A stretch of 64,000 nt of DNA. It comes from Lama guanicoe (Eukaryota). The position numbers were made by a program, and so were the translations under genes. Positions 1 through 12,499 of the stretch are shown piece after piece. Every line of letters begins with the position of its first letter. Position 1 is the first letter of the stretch. The notes below the pieces were generated by a model. That model made no database searches and was not told where the DNA came from. It saw nothing but the letters and a program-made list of their open reading frames with translations. The DNA lies in the NCBI GenBank assembly GCA_013239625.1, contig MU054026.1, forward strand, positions 806,001 through 870,000. Direction: 5' to 3'.

Positions 1-2859
1 TGGTCAGTTTCTTGTTAATGTTCAAAAAAAGAGAAACTTTCCTCTGTATTGATATTAATTATTCCATGGGAAGACTACAATTATAATTATTTTCGTGCAA
101 ATTACTTCAACAAATATACTTTGAAATCACTTCATTTGAAAAAAAAATTAAGCTTCTAAATGGAACATTAGAAAAAAATCTCAACTTTGAACCAGAGAAA
201 TGACTCAAGCCAGGCTGAATTCTTCAGTGTTCGTGCAATTTTGTACTGGAAATAAACTTGTTTTTCTTATTTTGATTTGCAGTGACCAGTTGATTTAGGC
301 AGAATGAAACTGGAGATGAGGATAAATAATGACAAACAAACAAACAAAAATGTCTTGGATAGGACGTTTTGTATGATGGACAATCGAACAGAAGCCTTGA
401 TTTCTATTATTAAGCAAAGTCATTGTGGATGAAGCACCTTAGAAAGAAAAAGTTTGCATCTATATTTTTCTGTGCTATTGATGCATGTGTCATCTGCATG
501 AAAATTCGTAATTAGCTAAAGGGTGTTTGGAGGATGAGTGAGAATAAACTAGCTAATAAGCCAGAGTTTAGAGACCTAAGAAGAAAATCACTAATCTTTA
601 CATTTTATATGTCACACACGGACTCATATGTTTCTAAAGACTAGGGAACTTAGATGTCAGCTTCTTTTCTTACTTAAGACCACTTGTAAATGGCCTTAAA
701 TACTTCCAATGCAGTGAACTGACATCTCATAGGATAACCTGTACTGTTTTTGTACGGTTCTAAATGATAGGCACCCCTTTACAGTGTAACGTCAAAATCA
801 CCTGCCTTGTGATTCCTATCTTTTAATTCTACTTTTTCCCCACTTTGGAGAAATAAATAGAAAAATAAGCAAACGTGTAAATTTCCTTGACTGTGTTTGA
901 CTACGCTGTGTTTTCTCAAATCTTCCTATTCATCCTCATATTCTTCAAGTATTTGCTACTCAGTTTTCTCAACTGCTTCATCTATAGTCTGCCCTTTTTC
1001 ATAAGAATTCATTTTATAATTTTCATCTTTACATGTGGTGGCTGGAATGGACCATGATTATTTAGATATGATATGACAATTATCGAACTTAGTGGAAGCC
1101 CTGACCTTCAAGACTGCCTTGTATCTAGCCTGGAGGAGTAGAAAGGCTCGAATCTTTCCAAGACACTGTCAAGCCAGTCATTACCAGTTGTACACATTTT
1201 AATTTATTAAACTTTTTCAGATTTAAATGCAATAAGCATAATAAACATTTCCTTCAACTTAACTTGTCTCTTAAAAGCATTCTGTTCATTTGGCTCCTGG
1301 TCACTAGAATATAGATCTGTCCTTTCTATTCTTTACGTTAATGATAATAGTAATGAGCAGACCAATACTTATGCCAATGGGTTTTTTTTCATCTTGGGGC
1401 TTTTTATCAGATACCATTGTGAGATATGTGACAGCGCCTTTTAATTTTGACCAAAGCAAAATGAAGATATTTTAGGTTTATAATTTAAAAGTCTGCAAGA
1501 GGTTAAATTTGAAAAACCTCTGACTCACAGCCTTAACAAATATATTCAATTCCTATTTTTGGAGTGTTATAATTCATGCCCTAAATAAAAAGTATTCATA
1601 GATGCTATTTTTAAAATAGTAACATTTGCACTTTTTTACATTACATTTATTCTTGTTTATTTTGGCTCATATTTCCACCTCTGCGTATCATTTGGATGTA
1701 CAATCTGGCATCTATCATGTTAGTCTGGTGTTCTTAAAGCCTACTAGAATGTCTTCCAATCCTGGATAACTATGTTGTGAACACAAAGCCAAGGAGAGAA
1801 TTCCTTGGCTGCTGAGAGACTTATAGTAGACTCACCTCATTCCTCCTCAAATCTAGACCATTGCTGAACTTAAGATTACTTCCTGGACTGATGGAGACAA
1901 GTCTGATTGTTAAATTTAAATTCTATCTCTGCCTCTCTGTCTCTCCCTCTCTCCCTCCTTCCCTCTTTCCATCCTTCTCTTAACCTTTCAATCAAATTCT
2001 TTAGAGGGACTCTGTCCTTTCCCAGTCTTTGCTTATATCCTTAATCCTATATCTAGGTCTTAGAGCATAAGATCTTCAATTCTATGCACTTTTTTCTGGC
2101 ACCATGAACCTATTGTGCACATATTCTGTCTGATAGATTTATCTACTTGCCCCTGAGATACCATAGTGTAACATCTCTGATATGGACTCATTCCTCTATC
2201 CTAACCATCAAAGCCTGTCTATATCTGGATCTTTCTTTTTCCTTCTGGTTCTCAGCTGGTTACCTTATGTTTAAAGCCTCCTTCAACAACCACTGTGCCT
2301 AAGTTGTCCTCTCACACAGTCCATTTCTGATATTATGCTCCTCTGCTAAAACACAGGGAATAGGGACACACTTAAATCATTATTGTTATTAATCTTTTAT
2401 CACTGAGAGACTCAGTCCTATTATTAACATAATCTTCATAATAACTTGAGTAGCATCATCAGCTTGGTAGACGTCAAAGACCTTAATTAGAGCTGTTAAG
2501 TTTGCGATGGTAATGACATAAGTGAGTGAAAATCCCAAATACCAAACTATTATTATCCCATTTTCTTCAATGTCCAATGAGCCTTTCTCAGACCAACCCT
2601 GCCATGCCCTCCATTGATTAGTATCACCTCTAAAGACAGTAATTTATTTGGAATTGATCAGTCATTAATTTAACATTTTTAAATGCCAAGATTAAAGCTG
2701 ACTACTAAAACAGGAGACCACAACCTGTACTCTTGTACCTTGGCTTCTTAGATAAGAATTAGAGATTACTTAACAAAAGGAAGTGCAACAGGCCATTTTG
2801 TTTTTCTACTAAAACAGAGAGAATTAACATTGAAAAAATTACTTTCATTGTTTCGGACA

Positions 2860-3000
2860 TTTTTTAACACGTTATTCCTGTACAGTAAACTACATGTTTC
2901 AGATGTGCAATTAGATAAATTTTGATAGATGTATACACCTATGAAACCACCATCACAATCAAGGTAGCTAACATTTCCATCACTCCTCAAGAGGTGCAAA
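2860..3000 (-). mobile_element. Old L1 (L1MB/L1MC-like) 3' UTR fragment
   Basis: 'tttgatagatgtatacacctatgaaaccaccatcacaatcaag...aacatttccatcac' resembles the antisense 3' end of ancient L1M elements. Confidence 0.6.
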
Positions 3001-3019
3001 TTTCAAACCCCTGATTAAT

Positions 3020-3345
3020 CCAGTCCCACCCTCTTTACCTCCTGGTAACCATCCTAAGTTTCTTCTCTATGTTTGTGAGTCTGTTTCTGTTTTAGAGATA
3101 AGTTCATTTTTGTCCCTTTTTTTAGATTCCACATATAAACAATATCATATGGTATTTTTCTTTCTCTTTCTGGCTTATTTCACTTAAAATGAAAATCTCC
3201 AGGTCCATCCACGTTGCTGTAAATGTTGTATATATTAACATCTTCTTTATCCAGTCACCTGTTAATGGACATTTAGGTTGTTTCCATGTCTTGGCTATTG
3301 CATACAGTGCTGTTGTGAACATTGGGGTGCATGTGTCTTTGTCTT
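3020..3345 (-). mobile_element. Lineage-type L1 3' fragment (ORF2 C-terminus plus 3' UTR, internally deleted)
   Basis: The minus-strand translation 'DTCTPMFTTALYAIAKTWKQPKCP...WIKKM...ATWMDLEIFILSEISQKEK' is the L1 ORF2 C-terminal/3' UTR signature. It is homologous to the copies at 7739, 48764 and 60030. Confidence 0.9.
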
Positions 3346-3689
3346 TCAGATATGTTATCAATACAGCTCTATTATTATCCTTAATTTATACACGTGAGAC
3401 CAAAGCTCAGAGAGATTAAATAGCTACTCAGACAAACTAAATCAAAGAGCCAAAATATGGATAGACAATCTATTTTCTTTCTATATTTTACTGCCTTCCA
3501 AGAGGAAAACTGCCCAACATTTTACCAGTTATACTATCTTAGGAAAGTTAAGTTCCTTAAGCTATAGTTTGTCTCATCTCTAGATTAGGCATAAGAAAAG
3601 TAGCTATTCCAAAGGATTGACTTGAAGATGAAATATAAGGTTCTAGTATAATTTCTGTCATATAGGAGCTCCAATCCATGTCTTATGAT

Positions 3690-4200
3690 GATGATGAACA
3701 GGATGGAGATTTTGAGTGCTGTGATCAAACTATCCAAAGAAATTCTGGAGGAAGTAATCTGGTGTTTTAGAAAGAACACCATATTGGAAACATAGTCAAG
3801 AAGAGGGAGAACAGGAAGGTGCTGTTGAGATTTCAAGTCTGGCTGATGGAGATTAGGATCTAATGATAGGAGGGAAATGATAAGAGTAGTGAGTTTGGTT
3901 TTTTTTTTTTTTTGGAATCAAAGAAGTTGGGCTTTGTTTTTAGCGTGTGGAGTTTTGTTGAGTCTCTGTTAGACTGTCAAGATGGAGGTGTCTAGCGTGT
4001 TTGTGGGGAGGGTGACCAGGGGAGTAGTGAGGGCTGAAAAGTTATGTCTAATTCACCTCTGATTGAAGTTAGTGATGTCAATGAAATAGATCAGAATAAG
4101 AATTTAATATGCGTAAAAGCAAAGTAATAAGAATTTAATGTGTGTAAAAGAGTAATGGGAATGAAAGCTTCATAGTATCTACATTAAGGATAGAAACAGA
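3690..4200 (-). mobile_element. Degenerate L2 relic
   Basis: Purine-rich segments such as 'gagttttgttgagtctctgttagactgtcaagatggaggtgtc' are typical of antisense L2. The match is highly diverged. Confidence 0.45.
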
Positions 4201-5441
4201 GAATAAATTTACCAGCCTACCAGCCAAAGAGATAGATACCAAGCATTTAGCTTATTGCCTGCCATCTGTCTACTGAAAAGCAAAAGGAGTTTTTTTTTTT
4301 TTTGAGGGGGTTGGAAATAATTGACTTCCTGCTCATATTTTAGCTTAAGAATCAAAACAACCCTGCTAATCTGAAAGACATAAAGACATTTTGGCCTCCC
4401 CAACGTTCTGCCCAAAAGACAGATAACCTGAAGAAAAGTGAACTAATCTGCTCTATTTTCTGCTTTAAAAAAATGGTACCAGAGTAATGGTTGCCCATTC
4501 CTTCCTGATTTTTCCTTCCATTCAGTCACTGCAGTTTTCAAATAACATTAGGGCAGAAAGTTCAATGTTGGAAAGCTGAAATACGTGGTAGAGTTTTTCA
4601 ACTAGAGATATTTCCTTAGAATGATATTACATTGTAGCTTCATCCACCTGACCTCGTATCTTGAGGGTAGAGAACATTTTTTTATAGACTAGGACTCAAG
4701 TGTTAAGCAAATCAATGAGCAAATACTCATCAAAAGAACAGATAAGATACATAATATGCCTAGGTAAAATGCTATGCTTGGAATTACAGTTTTTCATGTA
4801 TTTCGACCATTTAGAGAATCAGATAAGCAAGCAGTGGAGAGAGGAAAGAATATTATCTCAGACTAGCAAAGCTCACTGGATACATAGGTACAAACCATGG
4901 GATTTGGGAAGAAGCTTTTGAAATCTAGCTACCCAGCTGCTGTGTGTCTGAGAAGTAGATTCCTCCCTTATCCAAGTAAATGGTGAAAGAAGTCAAGGAG
5001 CATGTATATAACAAAGACTCTTTTTGTTGACAAGTATCAAGGGTGAGTAGATTTGCTTTATGCATGAGCGTGAGACTTGTAAACATGAAAACATACTGTA
5101 GAACATGGGAAAGGACGATATGTGAGAAAAACACACACATCAGGAAATGTTCTGCTAAAAATTTAGAAAACTATTTGCAGTTTTCAGAAGAATGTAAGTT
5201 TTAGTTGTCTATGTCTATGAAAGAGAGCAACAAATACACAAGGAAAGGGAAAAAAAACTAAAATCAATGATACTGATATGTGTGAAGAAAACAAATTTTA
5301 ATAGAAATAGAATTTCCTGAGAAAAGGAACAAATGTGCCATTTAAAACTGCAAGGATAATAATTAGAAATACAAATGACCAGAATTCAGACTGCAGAAAG
5401 TTGAATCAGTAAGGTAGGGTATAACACTAAAACATACCTAC

Positions 5442-5888
5442 TTTTTTTTTCTCATTAAACTTTGTTTTAATTGATCTCAAAATTCTGTGACAGAGATTTG
5501 GTCATGTTGTTTCCATTAAAAAGTATTGATTTTGAAAACTGATAACTTTAGACTGCCACAAACAAAACAAATGGTCCATGAAATGTTCTCTGTTCCTTCT
5601 GAAGATTTTTACAATGCATTGTTAGAATTAACCAGTCTTTCAATATTAAATTTAAATGGTCAAATGAGACAAACAGTTTTGAGATTATTCTTCCACTATT
5701 GATTAAAACTAGGGTAGCAGGTACTGGGGATAATGTTCATCTAGCCTTCTGAGATTTCTAGGCAGACTTGGTGACCTTGCCAGCTCCAGCTGCCTTTTTG
5801 TCTGCTGCTTTGATGACACCCACAGCAGTCATCTGCCTCATGCCATGGACAGCAAAATGGCCCAGAGGACGATAGTCAGGAAAGCTCT
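5442..5888 (-). pseudogene. EEF1A1: 5'-truncated processed pseudogene of eukaryotic translation elongation factor 1 alpha 1 (C-terminal coding end, full 3' UTR and poly(A))
   Basis: The minus strand encodes [42 protein letters not shown], compared with EEF1A1 [49 protein letters not shown]. There is a premature TAG at 5758-5760 and the native stop at 5737-5739. A recognisable EEF1A1 3' UTR follows, then the poly(A) remnant (T-run 5442-5450). Possible short TSD TACTT at 5439-5443 and 5889-5893. Confidence 0.96.
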
Positions 5889-6089
5889 TACTTCTGACTA
5901 AAGGAATAGAACTACTACATGAATACACGAAGAAAAAAAATAAATGAAAATTGTAATAATTCAAACTGAGATGTATGCCTATTTTCAAAAAAGAAACAAG
6001 AAAAGTTAGGAGGGAAGCAATAATCTAAAATGTAAAAGACATTTCCAGACTTGAAGAAAGACACAGGCGTTTACATTGAAAGACTGTAT

Positions 6090-6630
6090 GTCCCAAATGT
6101 CCATTAACAGATGACTGGACAAAGAAGATGTGGCACATCTATACAATGGAACACTACTCAGCCATAAAAAGGAATAAAATAGTGCCATTTACAGGAGTAT
6201 GGATGGAACTGAAGATTGTCATTCTAAGTGAAGTGGGCCAGAAAGAGGAAGAAAAATGCCATATGACATCATTTATATGAGGAATCTATAAAAAAATAAT
6301 AATAAGGACACAAATGAATTACTTATTATTTATAACTAAGATAATTGAGTTCTTGAATATGTGTAAGCACATTTGACTGTCCTTTATGATTGGATTGCCA
6401 CATTTGGTTGATCTTATTTTGTGGTTGGCTTTATTTCTTTGATAACTATGTAAGTTTAAAAAGTTAAAGCTCTAACCTGTTCTTAGAAACAATGATCAGT
6501 ATATATATTAAACTAAAAAAACTGTGCAGTACACTGTATATATGTATTTACATGCAATATAATGTGTATGTGCAGTTGAACTATAATAATTCTACCTAAT
6601 AAAATTGAAAAAGGGAAAAAAAGAAAAAAA
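6090..6630 (+). mobile_element. L1 3' end fragment, sense orientation, with A-rich tail
   Basis: 'cccaaatgtccattaacagatgactggac...atacaatggaacactactcagccataaaaaggaataaaat' matches the L1 3' end. AATAAA lies near 6598 and is followed by an A-rich tail. Confidence 0.85.
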
Positions 6631-7208
6631 ATCATCCAATGTAATTTTCTGACTTTAAAAATTTCACAAACTATTTAAATATATAAATGTAAATAATTCT
6701 TATCAATAATGTAATTTGTTATTAACATTCTATAAAGGTGGATCACTGTGTTAAAATTTAAAAAAAATAGAAGGCTCTGTGAGTCCCAACAGATGAATTT
6801 AATAGCGTAGCAGTTAGTAAAGACCATGAGAAAAATCTCACGCAAGTTTCAGTCAAAGAAGAACAATTTAATGACAAACCAAGAACTTCAGGTACCAGAT
6901 ATAACTGCGATGGCACATAAAAAACACACATTTCAGAGATCAACACACAAAATTATTATGTGGGATTTTAACTTGCCTCTCTCAGCCTGTGCTGAACCAG
7001 ATAGAGAAATCAAGAAACTTTGCAGTACGTCAATCATATAATCTCAAATTTAAGTGACTAGATGGATACCAATTTGTATCATACAGTTGATTCTTTTTGT
7101 GGATAAGAATGCTACTATATAAGCATTATATATATATATATTATATATATATATTCTATATATTCTATATTCTATATATATATGCATTCTATATTCTACT
7201 GTATAAGT

Positions 7209-7699
7209 TCCAGAAAAGACAAGGCAGCTAACAGTAACCAAACCTCTGCTATGTTGAACATTTTATGTTCATTATTTCTTTCAGTGTTTAGCTTGCATAC
7301 AACTGTGTGGGACGGGTGTTACTTTTCCCATTTTACATGCAAACTTAAAGAACGCCAGTCCAAATTGTACAGCAAATAAGTAACAGGACTCATGTTCAAA
7401 CCGAGATCTGCTTCTAAGGTCTGAGCTGGTTGCATTAGTCCATGTGGCATCAAATCCAAAAAAGACAAGGCAGCTAACAGTAACCAAACCTCTGCTATGT
7501 TGAATATTTTATGTTCATTATCTCTTTCAATGTTTAGCTTGCATACAACTGTGTGGGATGGGTGTTACTTTTCCCATTTTACACGTAAACTTAAAGAATG
7601 CCAGTCCAAATTGTACAGCAAATAAGTAACAGGACTCACGTTCAAACCCAGATCTGCTTCTAAGGTCTGAGCTGGTTGCATTAGTCCATGTGGCATCAA
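7209..7699 (+). repeat. Tandem direct duplication, two copies with a 246-bp period, containing a MIR-like relic
   Basis: 7209-7453 aligns to 7455-7699 with about 10 substitutions counted by eye. Confidence 0.95.
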
Positions 7700-7738
7700 T
7701 TTTACTCTTCTGCTTATCTGGGAGATAAGCAAGTACTT

Positions 7739-8440
7739 TTTTTTTTAATTGAGTTATAGTCACTGTACAATGTTGTCAATTTCTGGTGTACAGCATAATT
7801 CTTCAGTCATACTTGTATATATGTATATTCATTTTCATATTCTTTTCCCCTGTGAGCTTCTACAAGATCTTGAATATATTTCCCTGTGCTATACAGTATA
7901 ATCTTGTTTATCTATTCTACATATACCTGTCAGTATCTACAAATCTCAAACTCCCAGTCTGTCCCTCCCCATACCTCTCCCCTCTGGCAACCACAAGTTT
8001 CTATTCTGTGTCTGTGAGTCTATTTCTGTTTTATATTTAAGTTCATTTATCTTTTTAATTTTTTTTAGATTCCACATATGAGTGAGATCGTGTGGGATTT
8101 TTCTTTATCTTTCTGGCTTACTTCACTTGAAATGACAAACCCCAGGTCCATCCATGTTGCTGCAAATGGCATTTTGTTGTCATTTTTATGGCTGAGAAGT
8201 TTTCCATTGTATAAATATACCACATCTTCTTTATCCAGTCATCTGTCGATGGACATTTAGGTTGTTTCCATGTCTTGACTATTGCAAATAGCCCTGCTAT
8301 GAACATTGGGATGCAGGTGTCTTTTTGAATTATGGTTCTCCCTGGATATATGTCCAGGAGTGGGATTGCTGGGTCATATGGTAAGTCTATTTTTAGTCTT
8401 TTGAGGAAACTCCATACTGTTTTCTACAGTTGCTGCACCA
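7739..8440 (-). mobile_element. 5'-truncated lineage-type L1 with target-site duplication
   Basis: Poly(T) at the left end, then L1 3' UTR and ORF2 C-terminus (MFIAGLFAIVKTWKQPKCPSTDDWIKKMWYIYTME). TSD gagataagcaagtactt (7722-7738) / gagataaacaaatactt (8441-8457). Confidence 0.93.
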
Positions 8441-9925
8441 GAGATAAACAAATACTTACAGGCTTCGAAGATATAAATCCACCCTCCCATCCCTGAGAAG
8501 TCCTGATCAGCAAGTTCACAATCTAGTTATCTGTGTGGATGGAGAAGGACTCTCACCTGCTCAGTCAAGTGTTCTTCCCATAATCCTCGAGTGTTTGATT
8601 GCCTCGTCCATTTTCTTGTTTCCCAAGAGGCAGGTCAGGCAGTCTGATATGCTGACTCTACTCCAACTGGGCCTAAGGTGAGATGACCAAGTTCAACTCC
8701 ATTCCTGAGACAATGTACAACCTTTGTTCTTTAATTACTCCTTTTCACTTTCACCACGTATTGTGATTCATTTGCTTAAAAACCACTGCCGTAGTTGCGG
8801 CTGCAAAAAAATGCTTCCCTGAGAGTCAGATTAATGCCCCTCTTTGTTTCCAGCTCATCTTCAGCCTGTCTGCAATAATACACTCAACCCAAACAAGCAT
8901 ATTTTTCACTCACAGCCTGCCTTTTATGAGTCCCACTGACAGTTTCTTAATAAATAATGCATTTCTAAATGTTCCTAAGCTTTTCTCCTTATTAATAATT
9001 CCAGTAGATTTCCCAGGGCTGAAGGCTGTTATTTGGTCACTGGCTGTATTTTATTCTTGCCGTTTTTCTACATTTTATTTTCTTAGACTTCTGTCTGGAC
9101 AAGGAGCATGTTAACGACAGTGGCCCATTCATAGCACGTGTTGCGTAATTATGAGTTAGTACGCACTAAGCATTCAGATCTATAGCATAGATTTTGCTGG
9201 GTGTTTTTTGTTAGTTTGTTTAGTTTGGCAGCTCTGGATCTTTTGTCATGAGAACTAAAAACAATCCCTGGGTTCCGTTAAGAGATACCTTAGGGCTGAT
9301 TTTCTGGAGAAATGTTGATGTAATGTTTGCAAAATGCATTCTGAGGTCCAATGATTACATTTAGACATGAAAGCTTTATTTTTGTGTGTGTGTTTGTACC
9401 AAACTATCTTTTCTTTATTTGATCTATAATGATAAGAAATGGTAACAAATGCCCAAAGACACACCTTTTGTGACCAAAAGAGCAATAGCTCAATTCATTC
9501 AGAAAAACGCTGATCAACTCAAGGCACTCAATAAATATGTTCTGATTAATTGATTTGTTTACGTCTATTTATGTTTCATCTTTCTTGTGTTTTGTACCTT
9601 TTTTGGTGTGCTTGTCAAGAATTTTCTTGATGGGAATTCCACAAGCCAGCAATTATGTTTTCAGGTTCTTTTGTATCTAAGCTGACAATCAAATTATTCT
9701 ACATATAGCAGGTATTAATAAATGATGTTGTAATACAGAGAAAGAGGAAATTTCACCATGATAAGGAAGTTGTTGAAGTAAATTCTTCTTTCAAGAAAAA
9801 TTAAATAAATCTTTACTGACTACAGTACAACATATCTATGTCATGAGATTCCTCCTGCTGTTGTAAAACCAGTTTAACACCTAAACCAACTGAATATGCT
9901 CAGCTTATAAAAAAAAAGAGTTTTG

Positions 9926-9926
<1 letters not shown>

Positions 9927-9967
<41 letters not shown>
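9927..9967. repeat. (TG)n microsatellite, about 20 units
   Basis: Pure TG run seen directly. Confidence 0.97.
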
Positions 9968-9969
<2 letters not shown>

Positions 9970-11639
9970 CGATTCTAGGAAGTCTTGACTTGGAAAACAT
10001 TCTGATAATTCTATATGTGATAACTGATGACGCATTTAACCTCACAAAAGCATTCAGTCTTTGAGGGCAGATCCCACCAATTCCCCACCCATAACCTCTA
10101 ATGTTACCTCTTCAGTGCACACCAGCCAATTTCCAGCTGCCAATACTTGAGTGTTTTCACTTAAACACTTTCCTCACCATGGGAAACCTCAGCTCTCCGC
10201 CCTTTGGATGGAATAATTTTGACGTGTGGATGTGACATTAACTCTCAGAGTTACCCTGCTGGCTTAAACTCCGTTGCTCTATGGTGGTAGTTGGTTTGGA
10301 AATTTTCCCTTTGCTGTTTGCCTTCCTTTGTTGTGCTTCTGTCCCCTGTCTCAATTCCCCACTCCCTTACCAGCATTTCTTTCACTGTCCAAATAAAACA
10401 TTTAACACTGGAATTTCTGAATCGCCTGTTTATGGGGCACTCAAATTTGGACCCATATACTGTTCATTTTAACAGAGATTTTTTACTTTAATTATTTTAA
10501 TTTATTCATTTTTTCAACCAATCTTTTATTTAATGGAAATCCATCCTTGAAAAGTATACAGTACATGTTGGGGTTCTTAAGAATTTTTTTTTTTAATTTC
10601 ACTTGAGAGTTAGAAATAAGCATCCTTCCGAGGAGAATGTGTGAAACAAGCTTAACATGAGACACGCGGCCTCCTGTGTGCAGAACAGCTGAGGAACTCA
10701 GGTAAACACTTTGGCTACTAGGTCTGACTTGGAAAGTAGCACTCACCTCCAGAGAGCAGAGGTAATTTCAGTTTTCCTGCCTATCCTTGGGTTACTAAGG
10801 GGACAGAAGCCAACCAAAGTGCTGGTATCATGGGCATCATTAAGACAAAAATGCAGTCCTAAGTGATGTGCTCAAAGCCCAACTTTTGTGTAATCCTCTG
10901 AATTGCCTTAAGTTCCACTTCAGGACTGGTTCAGAGACACCGTTTCTTAGGAATAGCTGTGAAAAGTTGGTCCCTGAAACTGCAGTTGGGATGTGAGGTC
11001 CCAGCTCAGTAGACTAGAGATGGCATGAGGTGCTCTGGAGCTCATTTTCTCTCCTGACTATTTGTACCAGAACTTGGTTTACCAACTGCTCATTTATAAA
11101 TTGAGCCCTCAACACTGCCCATTTTCTAAGAATGTGAAACTGACATATTACATGATGCTAATTACATGTTGTTAATTACATAATGTTAACAATGTAAGAT
11201 GTTAATCTCAGATTAGAGATAGTCACAGCTTGTGTTTTGGAGTCTAATGATTTTTAGCATGATATTGTGTGTATATCATATATGATACTCTGTGTGTGTA
11301 TATGTATATACATAGGCATGTGCATATACATACATTCGCAAAACCCCAGTCTTACTTCTGTGAACCTTCCTAAAGTCTGCTATTCTCTTCCCCAATCTTT
11401 TACTTCTCAATCTCCAAATGAACACTTTGCCTCTTGCCCCTTCCTTAACACATTCTGTATCATATATATACATATAAGTATATATGTGTGTGTGTGTGTG
11501 TATATACATATGCACACACGTATGGATCCCCTCTCTGGATGTGTTCTGTGAGGTTCTCATCAGAGACATTAACTACCAAATGCAAGAGGCATTTTAGATT
11601 GCCATGTTATTGAACATCTCTGTACATTGATTTTGTTCA

Positions 11640-12480
11640 TCCCTTTCCACTTTTCCAAGACTTCTTTTTTCCTTTCCTCCTATTGTGTATGACCATTGTA
11701 CAGTTGTGATACCTTCCTTCTCTTCGATGGTCCTTTCTTTCCCATGTTTATGTCCCTCAAGGTTCTGCCTGTAGCTCATTCTTCTTCTCTGTCTGAACTC
11801 TCTCCATGTTTGATCTCATGTCTCCTCATGGTATCAATTAACATTCACATGCTGGATTCCAATAAATATCTCTAGTAGAGAGCCCCGCTTTATGCTTTAG
11901 TGTTATAGATCTGACTGCTTGGTAGGTATGTTTAACAGGTGTCCCAAACACAGTAAGTTCAAAATAAACTATTTTTTTAAACTAATAATTTTGCTAATAA
12001 TCACTTGCCACAGAGTTTTCCTCCCAAGTATCTTTGTAGTTCACGTTTTCTTCTCCAACCCTGTTATATCTCTCACCTGGACTGCTGCAGCAAATTAGCT
12101 ATGTATCTGTAGAGCTGGATCTTCAAATCCAATCTCAACTCTGTCACCAAAACAATCTTTCTAAAACATAAATTAGACTATGTTGTTCTACTGGAAGTCA
12201 TTCAGTTGATGCCTTTCATAATGAAGTAGAGTTTACTTAATGCAGCATGTAATGCTGCCTATAGCCTGCTGCCAGTCCATCCCTACAAACTTATTTTTCT
12301 CTAATACTTGTTTAGTTTAGTTCTAGCAGCATAGAACTTACATAGCTTCCTGCATTTTTTTTTGGTCCTCTCCCTCTGTGCCTTTGCATATTTCTCTTCT
12401 CTGTTATGAGTAACATCTTCACTTCTTCCCCAACTCCAACTGAGCACACTCCTTATTTAAGACTTCATGTTAGGTATATG
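11640..12480 (+). mobile_element. Degenerate L2 relic
   Basis: L2-like pyrimidine-rich motifs: 'tctctcacctggactgctgcagc', 'atctttctaaaacataaattagactatg', 'tgtgcctttgcat'. Confidence 0.6.
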
Positions 12481-12499
12481 AATAGACCACTCCACTGAA

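Noticed and set aside
4095..4151. Short imperfect duplication of about 31 bp (also the 37-bp duplication at 26690-26763)
   Set aside because: These are ordinary slippage products with only two units and no spacers, so they are not CRISPR-like or otherwise functional on this evidence.
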